A stretch of 64,000 nucleotides of DNA from NCBI GenBank assembly GCA_964618805.1, contig CAZUBM010000001.1, positions 127,910 to 191,909 of the forward strand. The letters run 5' to 3'. The first letter of the stretch is position 1, and every line of letters begins with the position of its first letter. Source of the DNA: an uncultured Nitrososphaerota archaeon (GTDB lineage: Archaea; Korarchaeota; Korarchaeia; Korarchaeales; Korarchaeaceae). The notes under the pieces are model-generated. The model saw nothing but the letters and a program-made list of their open reading frames with translations. It was not told the origin of the DNA and ran no database searches. Both the position numbers and the translations under genes were made by a program. Positions 41,011 through 49,631 of this stretch are shown one piece after another.

Positions 41011-41174
41011 GGTTGCTCTTTTTATATACCCTTATATGGCAACACTTTCTAAGGCTACATGATTCTTTTCCTCAATAAGAAGTAAAAACAGTATCTAGCT
41101 GCCATACCCTCATCTATAGAGGGTTAGAACACATTTATCTTGAGCATCTTCCTTTATAAGGAGATATTCTAACC

Positions 41175-41483
41175 TTACTTTGCTAAAACTAAGAATATGC
41201 GTCCATCTCCTGTTATGCCATGGTTTAATACCTTTAAACCCATTTTCCTAGCTTCGTCAATTATCTCACCTATCTTCTGCCAGATTGCAAATTTCTCTGG
41301 TAGCGTCAGTGAATCTACCCTTCCTTCAACTAAACCCAAAAACAAAAACTCGAAATTAGACGGTTGACTCGCAAATCCCCTGATTTTCTCCAAGAGATAG
41401 TCTCTTTGTACGATTTTAATGGTACTACCCTTACTCACTGTGTTTGGCCTAGAAAACCGATTTGATAAGAACCTCGAGAGCAT
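41175..41483 (-). CDS. uncharacterised 102-aa protein, paralogue of 40668..40973
   Basis: Colinear similarity with 40668..40973. Confidence 0.8.
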   Translation of the reverse strand: MLSRFLSNRFSRPNTVSKGSTIKIVQRDYLLEKIRGFASQPSNFEFLFLGLVEGRVDSLTLPEKFAIWQKIGEIIDEARKMGLKVLNHGITGDGRIFLVLAK

Positions 41484-41498
41484 TTTGTGTCTAATTTA

Positions 41499-41522
41499 AA
41501 ATAGAAATTTTTTGTAAATAAA
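41499..41522 (-). promoter_or_regulatory. conserved promoter/operator copy 2
   Basis: Minus strand TTTATTTACAAAAAATTTCTATTT, 15 nt upstream of ATG 41483. Confidence 0.65.
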
Positions 41523-41690
41523 AATTTCCATAATCTATAACGCGTTCATACTTCTCAGTCTGCTCTCTGAATGCTTTTCATAACTTATCATTACCTCTGA
41601 AAACAGACTGGTTCTTCTAGATTGATTTCTTGATATATCTCATCGAAAGCATTGCTCTATTCATCTATTGATGGTTAAGCATTCTTAAAC

Positions 41691-42632
41691 TTGAGGAACA
41701 TCTATCGAAACCTGATGTCACAAAAAACTAAAGGAGATTTTTTGTCCAGAAGCAAAGGATCCAAAAGACTAATCTCTTTCCATATCTCAGAGAATAGACA
41801 CGTACTTCATGCAATTATCGCTTCACTCGCGTTTATGGCTGTATGGACTCCGTACAGATACGTTACTCCCATCTTAATCTCAAAGGGAATTTCGATGCGG
41901 GAGGTTGATTTGTTCGTTAAACCCCTTGTTAAGTCAGGCATAGTGTTTCTGTGCCTAAAGTTCCTAGACAGAATCCCAAAGAACCTATATCTGCAAGAAC
42001 TGGGCATAAAAAGAGATGGCTTGTTTAAAGGAATATTCCTAGGAGCCTTTATCTGGTTCCTCTACACGATAGTTTGGCAATATGCCATTCTTTGTCTTTC
42101 CGAGGGCGAGCTTTTCTATCCTAATCTAAGAATAGCGATCTCAAATCCTTTAGAATATCTCCTGAATTTAAGCTATTATGTGCTGATCGTTGGCCTCTTC
42201 GAGGAGATGTTCGCTAGGGGATACATTCTTAAGGAGCTATGTCTTGGAATCGGCCGAAAACTGAGTTTAATTGTAGCAATTCTAGCCTCAGCATGTCTAT
42301 TTTCGCTATTTCATCTTCCAATAGACATCTTTGTCATGAGATACGGGCTAATCCAAATTCAGTACCACCTATTCTTTACTTTCTTATTCTCCATCCTAGC
42401 AGGGCACCTTTTCATCAGATCTGGATGGCAGATATCGGGTGTAGTCGTTTTACACGGCCTAATTGACACAAGCCCTTTCTTCTCCTTGATTTCTCTCGAC
42501 GTTAAGTTGCAGTTCATGGGAAGGGGATCAATTATTGCTTACCTGCTATCCTTTTCAATCTCAGTGCTCGTAATAGAGACATTGTATAGAGCGACAAAAA
42601 GGAAAAGGAAAGGTTTTCTCCATCCTTACTAG
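41691..42632 (+). CDS. CPBP (Abi/CAAX) intramembrane glutamic endopeptidase
   Basis: FEEMFARG, FSLFHLP and LHGLID motifs in a multi-TM protein. Confidence 0.9.
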   Translation: MRNIYRNLMSQKTKGDFLSRSKGSKRLISFHISENRHVLHAIIASLAFMAVWTPYRYVTPILISKGISMREVDLFVKPLVKSGIVFLCLKFLDRIPKNLYLQELGIKRDGLFKGIFLGAFIWFLYTIVWQYAILCLSEGELFYPNLRIAISNPLEYLLNLSYYVLIVGLFEEMFARGYILKELCLGIGRKLSLIVAILASACLFSLFHLPIDIFVMRYGLIQIQYHLFFTFLFSILAGHLFIRSGWQISGVVVLHGLIDTSPFFSLISLDVKLQFMGRGSIIAYLLSFSISVLVIETLYRATKRKRKGFLHPY

Positions 42633-43588
42633 CCAGAGCCAGCTCTCATCCATCCTACTAGGTTGCTTATTCCCTCTCTGATTGCTTGAAATTGGAGCTC
42701 TTTATACCTTTCCCAATCGCTGGTGACATATACTGCAACTGAATACTTTCCGGAGCAGCCGTCTGAATTTATCTGGGGCTCGATGTAGAGATAACCCTGC
42801 TCATCCCCGGAGAATGTTGGGCTAATTTGTAAGAATGCTAGTCCGGTGATTCCATTTTCCCTGCCTGATAGGTAGAAGATTTCGTTCTCTAGGGAGTCGA
42901 ATTCTGTCGCATAAAATGGTTCGAAGTTTATGTATGTTCCTTCCACGATATCGAAGTCCCCATCCACTGCAAAATCCATTGTAAAGTTATAGATTTCAGG
43001 CTGTAGGTTTAGAAGCAGGAGTCTGATGATATTAGGTTCATTTGTGAAGTTCCCAACTTAGGACCCCTCTTCATAATCGCCATCAGAGCCCTCAAGAGAC
43101 CCTGAATAGAGAACTATGAATCCTGGAAATGATTTAATTGGCACACACTCGATATCTTCTTCATCAAAGGAGGATCCACCAAAGAAGGACCCTACCCCTT
43201 CCCGAAGATCCGAAAGGTTTGTCGCAAGCAATCCTAAAAAATAGGAGCTCCCCTTCGACGGGGTATAGAGGACAACAACGTTATCGCCTCCTTCCTCCAA
43301 ACGCATTGTAAAGTTGGTATACGTGAGAAATATTCCCTTTTCCAATAAAGACATGCCTAAGGAGACGAATGAACGATCTATAAAAGCTGCCTTCTCATCT
43401 GAGCCACCGGGTAGTTTAGATGCCATATTTACGATAGAGGTCATGTACAGCAATGTATCCACGAAGTTTTCGTGGACCTCCTTTTGCACCTCAATTTGAG
43501 GAGGTGCCATATAAGCGATTATGGTCAGCATGATGATCATTATAGCAAATCCTATCGGTAAAATCGTCCCTGCACCTTTTCTTGTCAC
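42629..43588 (-). pseudogene. membrane-anchored exported protein interrupted by an in-frame TAA
   Basis: 43058..43588 and 42629..42979 are in the same frame. The 78 nt between them are open (VGNFTNEPNIIRLLLLNLQPEIYNFT) after TAA at 43058-43060. N-terminus RKG|A + hydrophobic helix is class III signal-like. Confidence 0.65.
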
Positions 43589-43635
43589 TTCTTACTCATT
43601 TTCCTCCTCTTCTTTAGCAAAAAAGATGCAAAGAG

Positions 43636-43674
43636 TATTAAGGAACCATTCCGGAACGATCCATCAACGATTTG
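43636..43674 (-). promoter_or_regulatory. three 11-bp units abutting a TATA element
   Basis: Plus strand TATTAA GGAACCATTCC GGAACGATCCA TCAACGATTTG. Minus strand reads GGAATGGTTCCTTAATA upstream of 43588. Confidence 0.55.
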
Positions 43675-43916
43675 AAACATCTGAAAACTCATTTTAATGA
43701 ATTTTTACGTAGGAGGGGGATAAATGGTCCACAAACTCGGATTTTGCGCTTAAGACCCTTCTTATTTTACACATTCTCCAGGAAAAGGGACGATAAACCG
43801 CATAACTGTGGCCGAAGAATTCTTAAAGATGTTAGATAAATTCAGAACGTTACTAATTTACATCCACTCAAGCTTTTGAATTGTATGCAATACCTTATTG
43901 ATTTCTCCCGTCAAAA

Positions 43917-45548
43917 ATGATCCTAATGAGCGACGAAAAATTTGACTCCTTGGTTCGAGAGTACTTTTCTGAGCTCTTAAGGATGGAGCCAGTATATGCA
44001 ACGTACCTAGGTATTCATGAGTACGATGGGCAGCTGCCTAAAGGCACGAAAAGCCACTTTGAGAGAAAAGTAGCTCTAATTCAAGAATTTAGGGAAAAGT
44101 TGGATGAAATAAAACCTGAGGAGCTTTCAAGAGAGAAGAGGATGGATTGGAGGCTAGCAAAACATATGGCTGAGCTTGAGCTTTTCAAGCTTGAAGAACT
44201 GCGAATGTGGGAAAAAATGACCCAAGTCCCCGATACAGTTGGAGAGGGATTGTTCCTCCTTCTAGTTCGGGATTTCGCTCCGCTAGAGAAGAGGCTAGAG
44301 AGCATAGCATCAAGGTTAGAACAAGTTCCCAGGTACGAATCTGAGTATAGGGAAACTCTTTCATCCCCAGTTAAGCTGTGGAACGAAATACAGGCAGAAT
44401 CAGCTTCAAGATTACCTACTCTCTTTAAGATAATCGAATCTGTAGCGATAAACTCTAATTTAACAGCATTGGAGAAAGAGAACATAAAGGAAGTTTCAGA
44501 AGCTGCTTCAGAAGCTATTAGAGGGCATGCAAAGTGGCTCTACGAAGAGATCATATCTAAAAGCGATCAAGATTTTGCAATAGGAAGGGAAAAGCTAGAA
44601 AGGCTTCTTAAGCTAAGGGGAATAGAGTTAACATCAGATCAGATACTAGAAATAGGGGAAAGTTATCTAAGGAGATTAAAGAAGGTAAGGGAGGAGCTTG
44701 CAAGAAAGATAGATCCAAACATGACCGCAGATGAAGTCCTTCAGAAAATAAAGAAATTTCATCCAAAGGACTTCAGAGAGGCTATTGAGAGGTATCAAAG
44801 GGCTGTCAAAGAGGCTAAGAGATTTGTTGTGGAAAAGGGCCTGGCAACTATACCAGAAGGGGAGAAGTTACTAGTCGTTGAAACGCCCCCTTATCTCAGG
44901 CATCTTTTCCCATTCGCTCTTTACATGCCTCCAGCGAAATTTGATCCGATAAAAACAGGAATTTACATGGTAACTCCTCCAGAGAAGAAGGAATTGTTGA
45001 GGGAACACAACTTCCCCGCAATAGAGAACAAAACGATCCATGAGGGGTATCCAGGTCACCACCTTCAGATGACTTGCGCCTCCCTTAACCCCTCCCCTAT
45101 AAGAGGTCTGATCGAGGCTCCTGAATTCATTGAGGGCTGGGCCTTTTACTGCGAGGAGCTAGTAAAGGATCTAGGGTTTCACGACGACCCAGTTCACAGG
45201 CTGATAATGGTAAACGATCTGATATGGAGGGCTGCCAGGATAATAGTAGATGTAAGACTTCAGAGGAATGAGATGACGTTCGAAGAAGCCGTTGAATTCC
45301 TGATGAGGCACACTGGTATGGAAAGGGATGCGGCAATATCCGAGGTTCGGTGGTATACCATGAGGCCCTCATATCCCCTATCCTATTTGCTGGGAAAGCA
45401 CCTGATACTTGAGCTGAAAAAGGAGCTCATGGATAAACTAGGTGAGAAATTCGATCTGAAGGAGTTCCATGACATAATGCTATATGCAGGAAGTTTGCCC
45501 TTTAAGTACATGAGGGAGCTCGTTATAGAAAGATTAGCTTCTGGCTAG
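43917..45548 (+). CDS. DUF885 family protein (putative metallopeptidase)
   Basis: P..ATYLG.HEYD, HEGYPGHHLQ, EGWAFYCE, RAARI.VD, P.YPLSYLLG, FHD.ML..G. Confidence 0.92.
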   Translation: MILMSDEKFDSLVREYFSELLRMEPVYATYLGIHEYDGQLPKGTKSHFERKVALIQEFREKLDEIKPEELSREKRMDWRLAKHMAELELFKLEELRMWEKMTQVPDTVGEGLFLLLVRDFAPLEKRLESIASRLEQVPRYESEYRETLSSPVKLWNEIQAESASRLPTLFKIIESVAINSNLTALEKENIKEVSEAASEAIRGHAKWLYEEIISKSDQDFAIGREKLERLLKLRGIELTSDQILEIGESYLRRLKKVREELARKIDPNMTADEVLQKIKKFHPKDFREAIERYQRAVKEAKRFVVEKGLATIPEGEKLLVVETPPYLRHLFPFALYMPPAKFDPIKTGIYMVTPPEKKELLREHNFPAIENKTIHEGYPGHHLQMTCASLNPSPIRGLIEAPEFIEGWAFYCEELVKDLGFHDDPVHRLIMVNDLIWRAARIIVDVRLQRNEMTFEEAVEFLMRHTGMERDAAISEVRWYTMRPSYPLSYLLGKHLILELKKELMDKLGEKFDLKEFHDIMLYAGSLPFKYMRELVIERLASG

Positions 45549-45556
45549 GATAGCTA

Positions 45557-47329
45557 TTACCTAACCATTCTCTCCCTCAACATGTTAGCTAGCAACTCAA
45601 GGGTCCGATTAACCTCTATTAGTGTTTCTTCCATGGACTTGCTGTTATCTTCGGTGAAAGTGCTTCCTTCCAGCGAACTTATCAGCCTCTTAACATGCTC
45701 TAGCCCTCTTCTCTCTTCACTAAGCTTCGTTCCTAAGAACTCCTCTAACCCCCTCAAGACTTCCTCAAAGGCAGCTGCTTTCTGCCTTGCTACCTCAATG
45801 CTAACTCCTACTGGAGTTAGGGCTCCAGCGATGACTAATCTATCTCCAGATAGGCTTATGTCCCCAACTTCCTTCACGATCCTGTCTACAACCCACTTCC
45901 TCCACCTTGGAGGGACAAATTTGAGCTCCTGCAAAGAAACTGAGCCTCTTTCCCTTACCAAAGAAAGAATTCTCCTTCTCCATATTGGATAGAGCCTCAA
46001 AAGATCCTGAAGAACTTCTTCTGATGCCCTTGCTTCCTTTACAAGCTCCTTTGCTAGTTTTGTTATCTTAGAAACCTTTTCTTCCAGCGAAATGTCCGAC
46101 TCCAAGATCTCTGCAAGCTTCTTTATTTGGCGCTTCACCCTCTGAGAACTCCTAGTCTCTGGAGGTATCTTCTCAATCTCCTTGACAGCCTTACTTAGCT
46201 CTACCACTAACTCTATTTCACTTAAAATCGACTCCGCCTTTTGAACGAGTTTATCAAGTTCAGTGCTTTCAAGTATCGATTCAATCCCGGAAACTGAACT
46301 CAAATCCTTCTTCAGGGATTCTACGGTAGTGGAGAAGAAGTCAGAACCTACTAGCGAATCAAGGGTTGAAGCCTCTTTTTCAACCTCTCTCAAGGCATTA
46401 AAAAGCTCTATTCTTTTTTGTAATAGAGAACTTATGCTCGCTGATTGATTTAGTAACTGAGAAAGTTCCTCATCTAATTCCTTTGCTGATACAATGGCCT
46501 CATCGTAGCACTCAGGTCCAGCCTTCTTGCACTTATCCCTAATCCTAGATATCAACACGTCCTTCCAGCTGATATATTCATCAATGAAAGAAAGCTTCAA
46601 TCCTGCCTCAGAAGCTCGTTTAGAGACCTTCTCTAACTCCTTAAACGTTTGATTTATCCTCCCTAGATGATCCTCAAGCTCTTCTTTCTTTTGGAATAAG
46701 AGGTTGCATCTAGATTCTAATTCGTCTAATCTTGAAGTTAGTCTCGGAAGATTTTCTATGTAAAAAGAAAGGCTTTCTGGTGTAATCTCTCCACTAACAA
46801 TGGAATCTAACCCTTTTTCAATTCTTAAGAGCTCCTGTCTCAGTTCCATCGGTTCTATGCCCATCCTATCCATTTTGTCAAGTAGATAACTGCATTTTTC
46901 CCTCATTTCCTTTGTTTTATCCCTCAAAGCCGCGATTGCTGAGGAAGAAACTTCTTTCATTGCGCTATCTATTTCTTCCATCAATTTCCTGAATTTCTGC
47001 TCGTATTGTTGGATCGTTGAGCTCAAGAACATCCTTCTATTGAACAAGAACCTCTTGTTGTAGTACTCATCTTCGACCATTGAGCCAAGGAGATGTTGAA
47101 ACATCAACTCTAGTCTGGAAGCAGGATCTTCGTACTCAAAAAGGGATGGATCAAGAAGTCTTATTGTATGAACAAATTTCTTCAAGTAATTGCAAGCGGA
47201 CATGACCTCTTGCACTAGCTCAAATAAGCCATCTCTCTTAAGGTTTCTCAGAAAGGATTTTACCCTCTTTTCGTCGTGTCCACGTTCGACTAAGTATTTA
47301 GTTAGATCCATCTCAGGTAGTTCGTTCAA
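45557..47329 (-). CDS. long coiled-coil protein with a probable winged-helix insert near the C-terminus
   Basis: Extended Glu/Lys/Leu heptads. RILSLVRERGSVSLQELKFVP...ISLSGDRL wH-like segment. No Walker A motif. Confidence 0.8.
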   Translation of the reverse strand: MNELPEMDLTKYLVERGHDEKRVKSFLRNLKRDGLFELVQEVMSACNYLKKFVHTIRLLDPSLFEYEDPASRLELMFQHLLGSMVEDEYYNKRFLFNRRMFLSSTIQQYEQKFRKLMEEIDSAMKEVSSSAIAALRDKTKEMREKCSYLLDKMDRMGIEPMELRQELLRIEKGLDSIVSGEITPESLSFYIENLPRLTSRLDELESRCNLLFQKKEELEDHLGRINQTFKELEKVSKRASEAGLKLSFIDEYISWKDVLISRIRDKCKKAGPECYDEAIVSAKELDEELSQLLNQSASISSLLQKRIELFNALREVEKEASTLDSLVGSDFFSTTVESLKKDLSSVSGIESILESTELDKLVQKAESILSEIELVVELSKAVKEIEKIPPETRSSQRVKRQIKKLAEILESDISLEEKVSKITKLAKELVKEARASEEVLQDLLRLYPIWRRRILSLVRERGSVSLQELKFVPPRWRKWVVDRIVKEVGDISLSGDRLVIAGALTPVGVSIEVARQKAAAFEEVLRGLEEFLGTKLSEERRGLEHVKRLISSLEGSTFTEDNSKSMEETLIEVNRTLELLANMLRERMVR

Positions 47330-47492
47330 TCTGAATAGATGGATGTATGCCAGGATAAAAAATTATAGTTGAAAAATGTGTGGGAAAGGTGTTAACACAG
47401 AAATACTAACTTAATGTAACCATCATCAAAGCAACCTTTAATTTTGGATAGGCATCTTAGTTTTTGTCCCTTATAGGGCTAGGGAAGACTAA

Positions 47493-48119
47493 ATGAAAAA
47501 GGTAAAGATATACGTAACAGGACCATTTCAAGCGGGAAAAAGCTCTATAATCCACAGGCTTGATCCAGAATCTCTAAGCATAGATTATGAGAAAAGAGAG
47601 TTTTCTACAACTGTCGGATTTGATCTAGGAGTGCTTTTTTGGAACGTGGATAGAGGAGAATTACTAACGAGATCAGAATATCAATCTAAATTCTCTGAAT
47701 ATGCTTACGATGAGGTTTGGGAGATAGTTCTGATGGGAACTCCTGGACAGAAGAGGTTTGCTCCAGTAAGGGAGATATTGGCAAGAGGAGCTGCTGGGGT
47801 TCTACTTGTAATTGATAGTACTAAGATAGGTCAAGTGGGTGTTGCTCTGGCGATTTATGAAGAAGTTCGGGCATTTTTAGGCGATGATGCTCCAATGGTA
47901 ATACTTGCTAACAAGCAGGACATGGATTCTGCAGCAGATATAGGGCTAATAAGGAGCATTTTAAGGATAAACCCATCCCAGCTATACGGAACCTCGGCTG
48001 TTGATGGGACTAACGTGAAAGAAGCCTTAATGTCTCTTTTATCAATGATAAGAAAGAGGGAATTTGAGAAGGCACTCAAAACTAGGGAAGAATTGAGTCC
48101 AGATAGATCCTTTTCATAG
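47493..48119 (+). CDS. small Ras-like GTPase, MglA/CvnD (COG2229) type
   Basis: G1 GPFQAGKS, G2 TTVGFDLG, G3 GTPGQKRF, G4 NKQD, G5 SAV. Confidence 0.92.
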   Translation: MKKVKIYVTGPFQAGKSSIIHRLDPESLSIDYEKREFSTTVGFDLGVLFWNVDRGELLTRSEYQSKFSEYAYDEVWEIVLMGTPGQKRFAPVREILARGAAGVLLVIDSTKIGQVGVALAIYEEVRAFLGDDAPMVILANKQDMDSAADIGLIRSILRINPSQLYGTSAVDGTNVKEALMSLLSMIRKREFEKALKTREELSPDRSFS

Positions 48120-48241
48120 AATCTCTGAAATCCTCATTTGGATCGATATTTTTCCTTAGAGGATTCTTCTTGATCTTATAATGAGCTTCTTTGAGATAAA
48201 ACTTAAAATATTGCGTCTACTTTTGAAATTGAGGTGATTGA

Positions 48242-48619
48242 GTGTCTACTAGATTAGAAAAAATCGAAGAAAAGCTGAGAGAACTTGAAGTGGCCGTTCC
48301 AAATATAGAAGGAAGCGCTGTTATCAGTCTTGATGGACTCGTCATGGCTAGCAGATTTAGATCCGATGTATCAGAGGAAAGGGTGGCAGCGATGAGTTCA
48401 GCTTTGCTTAGCATTGCTGAGAGGATAAATGAGGAGCTTGGAAGGGGGGATTTTCAGAGAGCCCTTGTAACTGGCAGCAACGGATTCATAGTACTTAACC
48501 CAGCAGGTCCAGATGCCTTGGTAGCATGCATATGTTCCAAAGAAGCTAAGCTTGGTATGGTCTTCTATGAGCTCGATAAGCTCTCCAAGGATTTGGCTCA
48601 AATAATATCAGGACCATAA
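48242..48619 (+). CDS. Roadblock/LC7 (MglB-like) protein
   Basis: GSAVISLDGLVMAS...ERVAAMSSALLSIAERI..ELGRG...AKLGMV. Confidence 0.93.
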   Translation: MSTRLEKIEEKLRELEVAVPNIEGSAVISLDGLVMASRFRSDVSEERVAAMSSALLSIAERINEELGRGDFQRALVTGSNGFIVLNPAGPDALVACICSKEAKLGMVFYELDKLSKDLAQIISGP

Positions 48620-48666
48620 GTTCCTAAATTTCCCGAGGTCTTGCTCCTATTGAAGAGGGGTTATAG

Positions 48667-48927
48667 TTGCTTTTTGTCCCCTTTATCTCCTCTAACTTGA
48701 TATTTATCGATTTTTTAAAAAATCAGGGCTCAAACTATGATCTCATTTTGGATCCTTACTTATTTGTTGCCTTTACAATAATATCAATTGTTTTCTTAGT
48801 AAGGGCTGTAGCGATCAGAAAATATGGGAGAAAAGGGGTGGAACAGTTGCGATGGGCTAGATTGGCTGCTTGGATAGGAATCATTTGTGGCTATATGCTT
48901 CTTATAGCACACCTTTTGCTCAGATAA
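48667..48927 (+). CDS. small two-TM membrane protein (start uncertain)
   Basis: Two hydrophobic helices separated by a basic loop. Confidence 0.55.
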   Translation: MLFVPFISSNLIFIDFLKNQGSNYDLILDPYLFVAFTIISIVFLVRAVAIRKYGRKGVEQLRWARLAAWIGIICGYMLLIAHLLLR

Positions 48928-48958
48928 TTATGTTATGTTTTAAAAACTAGAAAAATTT

Positions 48959-49414
48959 TTGAGTAAACGAGAAAGCCTACATCACATGTCATCCAAAGGA
49001 GTGGTAAGAACGGGTATCTCTTTACCCAAGAAACTTCTTGACAGGCTCGACGAACTTAGGCATAGCCTAGGGATAGAAAGTAGATCCAAGGCAATCCAAG
49101 AAGCTATAAACTCCTTTATTTCGGAGAGAATCTGGTTGTTAGGGAAAGAGGAAGCCATAGTAGCAGGTAGCGTCACAATATTCTTCACCCACGGCAAAGG
49201 GGACATAGAAAGGAAGCTTGTCGAGCTTCAACATCACTTCTTGGACCTTATCAGGTCCACAACTCATGTCCACCTGACTGAGGATAAGTGTATGGAGGTC
49301 ATCTTGGTTGTTGGAAGCGTTAAGAGGCTCAGAGATCTTGTTTCTTACATAGAATCGCTCAAAGGGGTTGAGCACGTTAGAGCCTCCTTTCACTCATTGA
49401 CACTCTCTCGTTAA
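48959..49414 (+). CDS. nikR: nickel-responsive regulator NikR (start probably ATG 48986)
   Basis: RHH N-terminus (RTGISLP..LL..LD...SRSKAI) and metal site QHHF...HVHL...CMEV. Confidence 0.9.
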   Translation: MSKRESLHHMSSKGVVRTGISLPKKLLDRLDELRHSLGIESRSKAIQEAINSFISERIWLLGKEEAIVAGSVTIFFTHGKGDIERKLVELQHHFLDLIRSTTHVHLTEDKCMEVILVVGSVKRLRDLVSYIESLKGVEHVRASFHSLTLSR

Positions 49415-49463
49415 GCCTTTTGACCTGAAGCTCTAAGAAAAGAGGAGAAGGGGAAAGAGGAGA

Positions 49464-49523
49464 ATGGTGGAGGTGGATCGAGCTTTCTTCCGGCCCTTTC
49501 GATCCGCTCCAGGGTCGCTTCCC
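49464..49523 (-). ncRNA. candidate small structured RNA
   Basis: GC-rich stem GGAG-c-GGATCGA ... TCGATCC-ac-CTCC, about 20 nt downstream of TTTTATAA (49551-49544) and followed by a pyrimidine tract. Confidence 0.35.
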
Positions 49524-49631
49524 AGGGGCAGTCCTCTTTCCAGTTATAAAACCTTATCTCCTGATCAGGGATTCGTGATTCCAATCAGCCTTCAGGTAAG
49601 TTTATGAAGAGGACTGGCTTCTACAAACTGC

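Noticed and set aside
45557-47329. Second SMC/Rad50 protein
   Set aside because: Coiled coil only, with no Walker A/B or signature motif.
49464-49523. tRNA, tRNA half or SECIS element
   Set aside because: Ends in ACCA but lacks D, anticodon and T arms of the right spacing. No in-frame-UGA selenoprotein is evident nearby.
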